From: Octopus bimaculoides
Lineage: Eukaryota
Length of the DNA stretch: 34,780 nucleotides
NCBI RefSeq assembly: GCF_001194135.2
Contig: NC_068982.1
Coordinates: 56,619,718 to 56,654,497, forward strand
Direction: 5' to 3'
How positions within the stretch are numbered: the first letter of the stretch is position 1; each line of letters starts with the position of its first letter. Under the pieces are notes generated by a model that was not told where the DNA came from, ran no database searches, and saw only the letters and a list, made by a program, of their open reading frames with translations. Below, in pieces: positions 10,976-22,969 of this stretch. Both the position numbers and the translations under genes were made by a program.

Positions 10976-11168
10976 GAATATAAATCTGTCTCATGCATTT
11001 GGCCTGCATCTGTCACCATGCACCATATCTGTCCTACATACTTCATATCTCTCTCTTTCTATTTCTCATCTTTTGTGTTTTATTATACTGTTGTTCTCTA
11101 ACCTCTGCTCCTTACCTTTTCATGTACTGCTACCAACAGAGCTATTCCTCCTATTGATAGCAAAAGAT

Positions 11169-11435
11169 CTCTCTCTCTGAGTGAAAGGCAAATTGTATGA
11201 TGCTTGTACATGAACGGTATTGCTATGTGGTAGTGAAATGTGGGCCTTGAATGCAGAAGACATGCAAAGACTATAGAGAAATGAAATGTGCAGGCCATGC
11301 AATGTCAAAGTGCATGTATGACAAGGTGCAAAAGAGCTGAAAGAAAAACTAAGCAAGAGAGGCATCAGAAGCAGTAAGAGAGAAGACTGTTAGTATGGCC
11401 ATGTGATGTGTATGGATGAGGAAAGAATGCCAATC
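11169..11435 (+). mobile_element. RTE-clade LINE ORF C-terminal remnant
   Basis: Reads SL*VKGKLYDACT*TVLLCGSEMWALNAEDMQRL*RNEM..CNVKVH..ELKEKL..RGIR..YGHVMCMDEE, matching the LLYGSETW and RLxWxGHVxRM motifs typical of RTE LINEs. Contains multiple stops. Confidence 0.78.
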
Positions 11436-11639
11436 ACTCAATGATGATGAATGTTTCCTGGGGGTAGATGACAAAGGTCCTAGATGATTGGTGATTCACT
11501 GCATTCAAGAAGACCTGTCCACCTCAGTTAAAATATCGATGTCACCCACACTCATCTTTGTAACACTTATCCTTCTTTCATACTTATAACTACAGCATAA
11601 TTTCCTCAGCAGCTGTAATTATATGAGAGTAGAACTGCC

Positions 11640-12130
11640 CATATTTCATCCATGCTTTTATGTTGCCAGTTATTCTTCTCCTCCCCACCACCCCATATTC
11701 TCAAAACACCATCCCTTACCATTTAATTTTCCATAGAAAACCCTATCCACTGCACACCCTCTCATGTCTACCTTCAGCACCCCCTCTTTTCCGACACCCA
11801 CAATATTCAACCCTACATGCATCTCATTTGTCACTGCACATTTTCCCTCCACTTCATATCATTTCCCTATTTCTCATCTATCAACAGTTTCATTACACTG
11901 TTGCTCTCCTCCTTTCACTGTATTGCCACCCATCACCTCCTCCTCCTCCCTGACACACACCTACTTTCTTTTACCTTTCCCTTGAGATCTACCTTTGATC
12001 ACACCCCTGCCCATATACACATCTCTTTCCTCACCTCTTCAGTTTATCATGCTCCTTTCACTTTATTCTCTTTCTCTCTCTTGTACCAAGAGGGTACACT
12101 ATGATACCTTATTTCCAATGCTTTCTCCCT
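11640..12130 (+). repeat. C/T-rich low-complexity tract
   Basis: Strong pyrimidine bias over about 500 bp with no clear periodicity. Confidence 0.6.
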
Positions 12131-12269
12131 TTCCTGTTAGGGTAGTCATGTATTTCCTCAAGAGAAAGACACCTGTTTCAGTCCTCTAACATAGGTTAGC
12201 CTTTCAACATCTGGCACACCTCTCTCAATACTGTGCTCCCACTCAGTGAAGGGGTCTGGTCTTGTGTGT

Positions 12270-12465
12270 TACTTGGTGACCTCATTAAGGCCAATGCCAC
12301 AAACAAAAGCACTCAGCACAATCTGTAAAGTGGTTGGCATTAGGAAAAAAACATCCAACTGCTGAAAACATGCCAATGCACAAGTATTGGAACTCAATAC
12401 ATTCCTCTAGGTCATCAGGTCCAGTCAAACCGTCCAACCCATGGAATACAACTGTTAAATGATTA
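12270..12465 (+). mobile_element. SINE/LINE 3' tail (family D)
   Basis: Contains aaaagcactcagcacaatctgtaaagtggttggcattaggaa..catccaactg..gtcaaaccgtccaacccatgg..gttaaatgat. Similar pieces lie at 1170-1330 (-) and about 12895-13010 (+). Confidence 0.55.
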
Positions 12466-12762
12466 ATAAATATGTGTGTGTGTATATATATGTAAAGGTA
12501 AGATCCAAGGATCAAGGTGTAGGAAATTAGTAAGCTTCAATCAGTCCATAGAAGGTATAAAAACAACTTTTAGAAACAACATTTATTGACACAGAAGGTT
12601 GTCAATTTTTCCCCTGTCAAAGTTTGATAAGCTGAAAATAATTATTTTATAGTTCATTGTTAGCAGCTGGGGTCGGGGTTGCTGTGTATGCGAATAAAAA
12701 TCCAAAATTAGGGAACAGAGTAGATAAAATCTACGTTGGATTTTGTCTATTCATTCCTTAAA

Positions 12763-12812
<50 letters not shown>

Positions 12813-12818
12813 CATACA

Positions 12819-12888
12819 CACACAATCAGTGTTGTCTAGTCTTCAGTGAAAATCACACAATCAGTGTTGTCTAATCTTCAGTGAAAAT
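12819..12888. repeat. 35-bp tandem duplication
   Basis: CACACAATCAGTGTTGTCTA(G/A)TCTTCAGTGAAAAT occurs twice, starting at 12819 and 12854, with 1 mismatch. Confidence 0.9.
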
Positions 12889-13511
12889 AGGTGAGGGATA
12901 GTGATAGAAAGGGTATCTGATAGTAGAGAATCTACCTCAACAAATTCCATTTGGCTCTGCTCATGAAAGGATGGGAAAGTGAGCATTGAGACTATGGTTG
13001 AAGATGTTGACAGTATGTATGCATTATGTGTGTGTGATGTGTACATGTAACCAATAGTGTTGTCAAATGCATAAAGGTACAACAGGTTGGGTGGTGTATC
13101 AACAACGGTGACTTAGAACATAAGTTACTAACCGTTCCCCTAACATGTGTACCCTAACAGAATTAGCAGGACAATATGGTGAAATAAGGCTGACACTTTA
13201 AATTATAGATATTATAGTTTGTCTGTAAACTATGGAAGTCCTTTCTTTACATAGGGCTTCCATAGGTTTGGCTATCCAATTTCACCTTCATGGCTTAGGT
13301 CACCCCAAGACATGTATGGTAAAAGAAACTTGAGGACACACACACACACACAAGGATATACACTTTCAAAATGCATATAGTTTAACAATATATATATATA
13401 TATATTTTACAGCACTTACCTAGAGTACCTAGTCGTTTAGCTCACCTGTGAACTAAACCCCCATACTTTGTGTGTGTATATATATTTTATATATATATTT
13501 TATATATATAT

Positions 13512-13545
<34 letters not shown>

Positions 13546-13620
13546 GNNNNNNNNNNNNNNNNNNNNNNNNNNNNNNNNNNNNNNNNNNNNNNNNNNNNNN
13601 NNNNNNNNNNNNNNNNNNNN

Positions 13621-13654
<34 letters not shown>

Positions 13655-13727
13655 CATATGGACATACATGTCTGTAAAACTACATAACAGCAAACTACAT
13701 TTATGTGTATGTATAAACACACTTTAT

Positions 13728-13761
<34 letters not shown>

Positions 13762-14746
13762 TAAACGTACACATATATACATGTACACCCACATATATAC
13801 ACATATACATACATACATATATACACACACGTATACACATATATACACCTACATCTATACACAAACACATCTATATACATAAACAAACACACACACACAT
13901 CTATACACAAACACACACACATCTATATACAAACACACACAGCTATACATGTACACATATGCATGCGTACACAGACATATAGACACACAGGTAGTCGTTA
14001 AATGATATACATACATACATACATACATACATACATACACACACACACATATATACCCACCCACACATTCATTGCCTTCGAAGTGCATACATCTATGTAC
14101 GTCTCTATACATATACATATATCGTGCAGTGACAACCCTATGCTAAAACCAATTTCGAATCATCCAGTGTAGCTGCGTTCATACATTTTAAACGTACATC
14201 TTGTAAGCTTAGTCACAACTTTACCACACAGTACTTTCGTTAGCACTCACCACCAACGAATGGACCGATATGGAAACGAGTCGAGTCGGCTTTTATTAGC
14301 CATAGTATTTCCCTGAAGTAGCTCTAGCCTGCTTCTGCAGTCTACAGCACGAATTCAAGCAAGACAACCTTCTAAACTAGCCCAAAGCAATTGAGTAGTT
14401 TCGGGGGCATTCAAGAGATCCCCTTGGTTTGTCTACACTGTGTTCACGTAATATGAATGCATGTTTTATTTAATAAACGTACGACCGTGGACGCATCAAT
14501 GCAGGCGTATGTGCACACACATTCACATATATAAATACTACGCACACAATATATATATATATATTTCGAACACACATAATACTTTGTATATGAATAAAAA
14601 TATACATACAAATGTATACATATATGCATGCAGACAAGCATATACAGACATACGCATATGTGTAAACATAAATACAAACAAGTATACATAATTCGAAAAT
14701 TACATCATTAAAACTTCATAAATTCTGCCGGTCAAAAGAGAGAGAT

Positions 14747-14795
<49 letters not shown>

Positions 14796-15089
14796 TGTTA
14801 CAAGTGCATACGTGTTTATGCATTTATGTATGTATGTGTATGTGTGCACGCATTTGTAATAAACCCCTATGCGAACAACTCATATTATTCTGATATCTGC
14901 ACAACAGACAGGAACACTCCTACGCAAGAAAAAATACGGAAAACTGATTTAAAGACCAAAAATATCTGTAAGAAATATTTGTGGGAGAGAAAAAAAATCC
15001 ATCTAAGACAAGCCACTCCCATTCCTTCAATTTCAAAGATTTTTAAAACAGAGATATATCGCAGGAAATAGTTTTTCATCGGAACATGC

Positions 15090-15127
<38 letters not shown>

Positions 15128-15129
<2 letters not shown>

Positions 15130-15521
15130 TCTTTTACTTGTTTCAGTCTTTTGACTGTGGCCATGCTGGAGCACCACCTTTAGCCGAGCAAATCGACCCC
15201 AGGACTTATTCTTTAGAAGCCTAGTACTTATTCTATCGGTCTCTTTTGCCGAACCGCTAAGTTACGGGGACAAACACACTGGCATCGGTTGTCAAGCGAT
15301 GTTGCGGGGATAAACACAGACACATAAACACATACATATATATATATATACATATATACGACGGGCTTCTTTCAGTTTCCGTCTTCCAAATCCACTCACA
15401 AGGCTTTGGTCGACCCGAGGCTATAGTAGAAGACACTTGCCCAAGATGCCACGCAGTGGGACTGAACCCGGGACCATGTGGTTGGTAAGCAAGCTACTTT
15501 CCATACAGCCACTCCTACGCC

Positions 15522-15522
<1 letters not shown>
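15128..15522 (-). mobile_element. SINE family B, full length, young
   Basis: Complete head-to-tail copy with internal TA/CA tract, flanked by (TA)n runs on both sides. Nearly identical to 32174-32555. Confidence 0.93.
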
Positions 15523-15556
<34 letters not shown>

Positions 15557-16154
15557 TTCAGTGGAGGCAACGCCAGTGTAAGCAAAACTGATTGTTATCG
15601 GCTAAAATTGCGGAGGATTCCGCATTTGAGCTTAATACATATTATGTATAACCATATCTACCAATCTATCCATCCACCGATCCATTTATCTAATCATCTA
15701 TCTTCTAAACGCATCAATCCATCTATCTATCATCCAGTTATTCTTTCTTTCAATCGATCTTCCCATTCTTCTTTATATATATATATGTATTTGTCCGTCT
15801 ACTTTATTCATTCTCTCGAACCATCCATCCATTCATCTATCCATCAAAATCTCAATTTTGGTGCATCTATCTATTTTCCAAGCCCATCCATTCACATCTA
15901 CTTACACACCGTGATGATATTTATGAGTATTTTTGTTAATTATTATAACCTCACCAAAAATAGAAGACTACAAGAAACTACCCAGGTTCAATTAAAAAAA
16001 AAAGAAAAGTGATGAGTCGAGTACAGAGCTGAAACTCAAAATGTTTAGCCCCAGGTCAACTATGATTGAGAATGACAGAGTGTCCTGGAGAATAATTAAA
16101 CTATGCAGAGTATTACAATCGTTTTTTTTTTTTTTTAAATTTCCAAAACAAAAA

Positions 16155-16300
16155 CTGTGTGGTAAGAAGCTTGCTTCCCAACCACATGGTTCTGGGTTCG
16201 GTCATACTGCGTGGTACCTTGAGCACTATAAGTTCGGCCCGACCAAAGCCTTTTGAGTGAATTTGGTAGACGGAAATTGAAAGAAGCCTGACGTGTGTGT
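16155..16300 (+). mobile_element. SINE family B 5' half
   Basis: Contains ctgtgtggtaagaagcttgcttcccaaccacatggttctgggttc..gaccaaagcc..ttggtagacggaaattgaaagaagcc and runs into a gap. Confidence 0.85.
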
Positions 16301-16714
16301 GTATGTATATGGGTGTGTATATTATATATANNNNNNNNNNNNNNNNNNNNNNNNNNNNNNNNNNNNNNNNNNNNNNNNNNNNNNNNNNNNNNNNNNNNNN
16401 NNNNNNNNNNNNNNNNNNNNNNNNNNNNNNNNNNNNNNNNNNNNNNNNNNNNNNNNNNNNNNNNNNNNNNNNNNNNNNNNNNNNNNNNNNNNNNNNNNNN
16501 NNNNNNNNNNNNNNNNNNNNNNNNNNNNNNNNNNNNNNNNNNNNNNNNNNNNNNNNNNNNNNNNNNNNNNNNNNNNNNNNNNNNNNNNNNNNNNNNNNNN
16601 NNNNNNNNNNNNNNNNNNNNNNNNNNNNNNNNNNNNNNNNNNNNNNNNNNNNNNNNNNNNNNNNNNNNNGTCTAATGACTGTAAAAAAGATAATAGATAA
16701 ATGTATGGAAAGCC

Positions 16715-17030
16715 AACAGAATTGGAAAACTGATGATAAATATTCCATCCACAAATTGGAAAGCTAGTGACAATTGCCAGCCAATGGAATTAGTAAGCTA
16801 GTGGTACAAGTTAACACCCATCGGAATTGCTAAGCTAGTAGAAATTAATCCGTCATCAGAAGTGGAACCACTGGACCAGAATTGGCAGGCAAGTGGTAAC
16901 AAACAGCTACCAGAACTGTCAAAACAGTGGTAACTATAACCACGAGAACTGGTAAGCTAATGGCGATAGCCCCTGGAATTGGTAAGCTAATAATATCGGC
17001 AATCAGAATTAGCAGGCTAGAATCGGTGAT
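16715..17030. repeat. Degenerate ~30-37 bp tandem repeat with conserved core GAATTGGTAAGCTAGTG
   Basis: Core starts at 16719, 16753, 16787, 16824, 16859, 16879, 16913, 16946, 16976 and 17006; the intervening sequence is variable. Confidence 0.7.
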
Positions 17031-17883
17031 GGATACATAAAAAAAAAGGACATCTGAAAATATTAAGCGTTTTCTCTAAATGCAAAGATTTTCCCGTTGA
17101 CATTTACTATCACATCACACCACCCTTGTCTCTATAAACCCTAAAGAAACTTGAAATATTGACGAAAAATACTTGAAAGATATCAGTTTCGCGTTTCCGC
17201 TTTCCACAGAGACTGATTAAATTATTATACTACAGAGTTCATCGAGTGCTTCCTGTATTTAAAATAAAAAGGTCTATATAAGCGTGCGTGTGTGTGTGTG
17301 TAGTTGTCATAAAAATTCGATAAACTTCTTTGAAATCACATACCACTATAAAGAATAGTATGCAAATATTAGGTTTAAAGAACCCTTTTGAATAGAAAAA
17401 GTCANNNNNNNNNNGTATGCAAATATTAGGTTTAAAGAACCCTTTTGAATAGCAAAAGTCAGAGCTGCCCATGCTGTATGAGATGTGCTTCGAGAACCAC
17501 TATTCCCCCTCCCTCCCCCCTCTCCCTCTATATATATATATATGGCATAGTAGGGGTGATGTCAGCAATGAGATAGGGTTTCCTATCATTTGCCAAAATC
17601 TGGTGAGCAAGATGTAGGCAATTATATCGACCATAGAGGGATGATTGACAAATTGAAGTTGTTGGACTTTGAACTGAGGTGAAGTACCAGTAGGCAATTT
17701 ATCCACCACTTTCAACGACTCCGCTATTATACCACTCAGTAATAATAATGCTTTCAAGTTTTTCCACAAGTGTAGCAATTTCATGGGAAGGGATAGGTAG
17801 TGCCCCTAAGAGCCTAAAGCCCAACACACGTGTGAGTGTATAGACACACACACACACACACACAATCATTTCATGAAAGTTAA

Positions 17884-18060
17884 CACTAGCATTTTAACGA
17901 GCGATAGCTGGCCAAAAATATCATACTATACGTTCAAACTGACCAGATCCGGCCTCACACACCAACCTTACAATGTCATTCTAAACTATTGCAAGATTAA
18001 TTCAAAACAAGGTGAATAAATAAGCATTACATTTGACAGAATAATCTGAATACAAAAGAG
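17884..18060. mobile_element. Possible piggyBac-type MITE
   Basis: TTAA on both sides (17880-83 and 18061-64) with only weak terminal complementarity. The interior resembles a TTAA-flanked octopus repeat recalled from memory. Confidence 0.38.
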
Positions 18061-18674
18061 TTAAACTCAGTTCCACTAAGTTTCGTGGTCTATTCAATCG
18101 TGTGTGTGTGTGTTTGTGTGTAACACGTTGCTCCAGAACAGCTTTGACGATAAAATACACGAGACAGTCTTACGTTTTGGGCTCCAATTCGTGTAAAGTA
18201 GTCCTTTAGATTTAAACACGTGATCAGTCCACAACGGAACAACATACATGTATAGAGTAAGGAGAACGAGAAATTGCGATAGTCAAGGCCTTCCTAAGGA
18301 TTTGATTAAAGATTTGTTTTTTTTTTAATTAAATTTCTTCCAGAGAAGTTGAAACAAAAGAATTAGGAGTTGATGCATTTCGAAAAGGAACAAATGAAGG
18401 AGGATAAAATGTTTGTTTTTGTTTCATATGAAAATGGCAGCGAAGTGCTGGAATCGAGTCCTTAAAGTAATACAGGTTTAGCAAATGGGAACCTTTAATC
18501 GCGCGTACATAACTCTCCCAATAATAAACATTGCTGTCGCAAACGAAAGGGAGTAGTCGAAACTGGATTACAAGACTTCTTCTGCATACCACAAAACTGA
18601 CCAATAATCTTCTCGTAACTCTTTTCAGCCTTTGGATTACAGCCATCCAGGTCACCGCCTTGAAAGGTTTACTC

Positions 18675-18830
18675 CAATGGTTCTAAACTGGGGTCTGTAT
18701 GGCCCTTGGGAGTCCGCGTAAGATTTTATTGTTAGAGTTTATGTGCAATACAAATTATTCTAACAATATTTTTTTAATATAAATTCCTAATAATATTTAA
18801 TAGCAAAAATATAAAAGGATATAATCATGT
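18675..18830 (+). mobile_element. Possible hAT-type MITE left end
   Basis: CAATGGTTCTAAACTGGGGTC resembles the CAGTGGTTC.CAAACT termini of hAT/Charlie MITEs, followed by an AT-rich interior. The right TIR was not located. Confidence 0.28.
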
Positions 18831-18995
18831 AGGTAATTGGCATGGCTGTGTAGTAAGAAGTTTATTTCCCAATTACACAGTTCTGGGTTCAGTTCCACAG
18901 TGGCGGCATCTGAGGTCTTCTACAATAGCTTTGCTTCGAACAAAGCCTTGTGATTAAATCTGGTAGACGGAAAGAAAGAAGCCCGTCGTGTGAGC
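18831..18995 (+). mobile_element. SINE family B 5' half, degenerate
   Basis: Contains atggctgtgtagtaagaag..ttctgggttcagttccac..aaagccttgtga..tggtagacggaaagaaagaagcccgtcg. Confidence 0.8.
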
Positions 18996-19707
18996 ACACA
19001 CACATTCACACATAAACACCAAAAAGCATATAACAAATAGTGAGTGTGGGATTATCAATCCGGGCAAAATACTTCATCGGCTCTCGGTGGCACACCAGGC
19101 TAACAATGTTACTTAGCATAGTGAAGAAGTCCAGGTAATCTTTTGGTAGGGTCCAAGGTTTGGGTTCATCGCAATTCTATATTGTAAATCCGTGGATGGC
19201 TTCCAGATAAACTGGTTTTTACACAGAATTACGTATAAGTAATGGCCATTATTTTTAACATTTCTTCTATGTTATCTATCTATCTATCTATAACTAGTAG
19301 AAAGATAANNNNNNNNNNNNNNNNNNNNNNNNNNNNNNNNNNNNNNNNNNNNNNNNNNNNNNNNNNNNNNNNNNNNNNNNNNNNNNNNNNNNNNNNNNNN
19401 NNNNNNNNNNNNNNNNNNNNNNNNNNNNNNNNNNNNNNNNNNNNNNNNNNNNNNNNNNNNNNNNNNNNNNNNNNNNNNNNNNNNNNNNNNNNNNNNNNNN
19501 NNNNNNNNNNNNNNNNNNNNNNNNNNNNNNNNNNNNNNNNNNNNNNNNNNNNNNNNNNNNNNNNNNNNNNNNNNNNNNNNNNNNNNNNNNNNNNNNNNNN
19601 NNNNNNNNNNNNNNNNNNNNNNNNNNNNNNNNNNNNNNNNNNNNNNNNNNNNNNNNNNNNNNNNNNNNNNNNNNNNNNNNNNNNNNNNNNNNNNNNNNNN
19701 NNNNNNN

Positions 19708-19885
19708 AACCGGGGGCAGTTTACGTCCTAGTAACATAGCAGTTCTGCAAAAACGTGACACGCAGAATAAGTACCAGTGCTTAATAAAAAAAAATGTACC
19801 AGGGTCAATTCGTTCGTCTTAAAAAAAAAATCTCAGTTCGGTGCCACAGAATGACCACAGTCCAATGAATGAAACAGGTGAAAGA
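19708..19885 (+). mobile_element. SINE family B 3' part, degenerate
   Basis: Contains tttacgtcc.agtaac..cagttc.gcaaaa..agaataagtaccag..gggtcaattcgttcg..ggtgcc..aatgaatgaaaca. Confidence 0.6.
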
Positions 19886-20610
19886 TAAAAAAGATAAGCA
19901 TACATTTTCTTCCTAAAAATTATACAAATGTCATTGTGACTCATTTTTTTGGGAGGTGGGGGAGCCATATGGTTAGCTCAACTGGTGCACCATTGCATTA
20001 AACCAGACTCAAGTTCATGGGTAGCACAATCTTATTTTCAATCGACCCGTCAGACGTAATATAAATAAATAGATAAATAAATAAAAATCGATCGACCTCG
20101 GCGGCACTTGAACTCATAATGCAGACAGATGAAGTTAATTACTATTGAGCATATATCTAATCTGGTGCGCTAGTGTTTCTACCAAAATCAATGAGCAATA
20201 ATCTTGCCCCATTGGTACGGTGGATGGTGTACAACTGATAGAGAGTCAGGCGATTAAAAAAACAACAACAACAAAAAAAACATGAAAAGCTTGATGGTAG
20301 TTGAGTTTTTTTGGTTCTGATTTCAAATGCCAACGGTTCTGATTTTACTTTTCCTCCTCCTGGGATTGATAAAATAAGTATCAATCAAAGCACTTCGATA
20401 TATCGACTACACTCCCTCTCTTCCTAAATATGGCCTCGTTGTGCCAGAGCGTTATCAACAGCCTGGTTGAACAGACCATGATTGCACCATTCTAAATGTG
20501 ACCACCCATCCTATTTTTATTCACATAGTACGTCTAGAAGATACATTGTCTACTCTATCATTTTGCCCCTTAAAACAAAAATAAATGAATACATAAATAA
20601 ATCTAGGGAT

Positions 20611-21008
20611 AGGTGCAGGAGTTACTGTGTGTTTAAGAAGCTTGATTTCCAACCATGTGGACTTGAGTTCAGTCCTGCTGTGCAGTACCTTGGGCATATG
20701 TCTTCTACTGTAGATCCGGGCCAACCAAAGCCTCGTGAGTGGATTTGGATAACGGAAACTAAAGAAGCCCGCCGTGTGTGGGTAAGGGTGTATATTATAT
20801 ATATAAAATTTGCGTGTCATTGTCCTCCTTCACCGATTGACAATTAGTGCTGGTTTGTTTTCGTCACCGTAATAGAGCAGTTCGGCAAACGAATTCGATA
20901 AAAAAGTACCAGGCTTAAAAAATAAGTACTAAGGATAAATTTGTTCAACTAAACTCTTCAAGGCGGTGCCCCAGTATGGCAGCAACCCAATGACTGAAAC
21001 CAGTAAAA
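20611..21008 (+). mobile_element. SINE family B, full length, diverged
   Basis: Collinear with the reverse complement of 15128-15522 from head (aggtgcaggag) to tail (aatgactgaaaccagtaaaa). Confidence 0.85.
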
Positions 21009-21289
21009 ATTTAAAAATTATTTCATTTGAAGGAAATTTGGTTGCTATGTCTAGCAGATTGAGCAACTATACACAGGCTTCTTTTTAGTTGTAGTCGAGT
21101 AATTATTACTAGAATAAATAGCATATAATTTAATGGGGACTAATAAACAGTGTAAGTACTTATTTATCGATCTTTCAGAGGTAAGGGGGCGATAAGGAAT
21201 TTGAGGAGAAGTGAAAAGTTGTTAGATAAGTGCAAGAATCTTGGGTACGTACCTTCCTGGGTGAATTATATATTGGTTTCACATTTTCC

Positions 21290-21395
21290 GCACAAGGCTA
21301 GTAATTGTGAGGGAAGGGATAAGTCGATTACATCGACCCCAATATATCACTGGTACTTATTTCATCGAACCCGAAAGGATGAAAGGCAAAATCGA
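21290..21395 (-). mobile_element. SINE family A 3' part
   Basis: Contains aagtcgattacatcgacccc..ctggtacttatttcatcgaacccgaaaggatgaaaggcaaaatcgacctcggc. A SINE-B tail fragment follows at about 21440-21550 (+). Confidence 0.8.
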
Positions 21396-21644
21396 CCTCG
21401 GCAGAGACTGCGAAATGGTCTCCAAACGCTTAGCAACCGGTGCTGGTTTGTCTACTGATAGAGTAAGCATTAGACAAAGTAAGTATGTGTGTGTCGACTA
21501 AACTGAAGGCTGTGCCCCAGTATGGCCGCAGACCAATGACTGAAATAGTAGAGTGAGTCAGCGCATTTTTATCGAGATTGACACGGGGTTAAAATAACGA
21601 CAACTCGTATATCAAATCAACGAGGAAGTTCTAAATGGTCAATG

Positions 21645-21810
21645 GATTTGCTAAAAATAGCAGCCGATTATCTCTAAAACAAAACAAAAACAAAAAATAG
21701 ACGCACGGTCACATTCTGTACAATGTGTCTTTGCTACTGTCTTGGAAAATATGACCCCCTTTTTGATGCATAGCCTAATCTGGGATTAAAACAACAACAG
21801 TAACAGTCTT
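21645..21810 (+). mobile_element. Dispersed repeat family C, degenerate
   Basis: Starts tgcta.aaatagcagcc and ends ggattaaaacaacaac, collinear with 26750-26935. Confidence 0.45.
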
Positions 21811-22183
21811 CATATTAAAATTCTCTCAAGAAAACATCCTTACACGAGACCAACTTCATTGCCCTAAAGCATTTGCATTAAAAGACAAATCTGGTGTATT
21901 GGTCCTATAAAATTCTTATGCATGAGACAGTCGCAAATAGGAGTGACATGACAAGGTGTTGGACATGAAAATTATCAACATAAGTTAGGAACTTTAATAG
22001 AAGCCGGTTCGTCGAGCCATCGTGGCGCAAACGTTATACCGGTACCCTCTTTAAAATCACTAAATATGTATGACACTATTTTGAGTAAATGGAGTTACAT
22101 AATCACTCAAACACACACACACACACTTATTTATTTATACCCCACTATTCATCTGCGCTGTTCTAACTCATTTTCATTTTGTA

Positions 22184-22257
<74 letters not shown>

Positions 22258-22440
22258 CAAACGATATATAAGCATATGCATGTATACATACATTTACATG
22301 TATATATAGATGCATATCTGGGTACAGGACGTTAGGAAAATGAACAGGGACATAAAAACAAAACGGGCTATGTTTACAGACAACAGAACGAACACATAGG
22401 GAAACAAAGAAGCCACTTATGGAATTATTCCTTCATTAGC

Positions 22441-22491
<51 letters not shown>

Positions 22492-22538
22492 CTGTCTGTA
22501 AAAATACCAATTAATACATATGTATATACACACACACA

Positions 22539-22611
22539 CAGGGTGGGCCAAGAATCACGTACCCAAACATTGCCATTTTATTTATTGTGCAATTGACTTT
22601 TGGCCCACCTG
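22539..22611. mobile_element. Small Tc1/mariner-type MITE (73 bp)
   Basis: Imperfect TIRs CAGGGTGGGCCAAGAATCA / TGACTTTTGGCCCACCTG. TA follows the right end; the left flank is a (CA)n run. Confidence 0.55.
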
Positions 22612-22969
22612 TATGTATGTATATGTCGCATGCATACACACATCTGGTACGTTATCTAGCTTCCTTCCACTTAGTTAAAACTCTAAGTCGACTCTTGATA
22701 AGATTTGAACTCGGAATGTACGCAACACGAATAGTAACTTAGCGCTTTACTGTTTCTGCCACTATGCAACACAACATTCCATCCGACCTTGAGTATTACT
22801 CAGTACATACAATAATAGCTACAGATAAGAGTAGGACGAAATATGGAAATAAATATAGGGTAAAAAAATAATAAAGAAATAAAATATAGAGTATAAACAG
22901 AGAAAAAAATTAATAAATATTTTTGAAAAGAAAAATTGCAACGATTTGTTTTGGGTTTGATGGACTTAC

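Noticed and set aside
14251-14330. Possible internal exon ending in TG|GTGAGT
   Set aside because: The best acceptor (TTCAG|) gives a stop in the phase-1 frame, the other acceptors are weak, and the peptide is unrecognisable.
15437-16012. 191-aa plus-strand ORF
   Set aside because: It starts inside a SINE and runs through TA and CTAT/CCAT microsatellites.
16715-17030. CRISPR-like repeat/spacer appearance
   Set aside because: The cores are degenerate, the spacing is irregular, the context is eukaryotic, and there are no cas genes or leader.
17358-17461. 47-bp direct repeat
   Set aside because: The two copies flank a 10-N gap, so this is most likely unmerged contig overlap.
18329-18655. 108-aa minus-strand ORF
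   Set aside because: It has no ATG start context, no clear splice sites and no recognisable motif; chance-length ORF.
22800-22969. Hydrophobic C-terminal 56 aa of the 455-aa ORF as a second TM helix
   Set aside because: It lies past a consensus GTAAGT donor in T-rich intron-like sequence.
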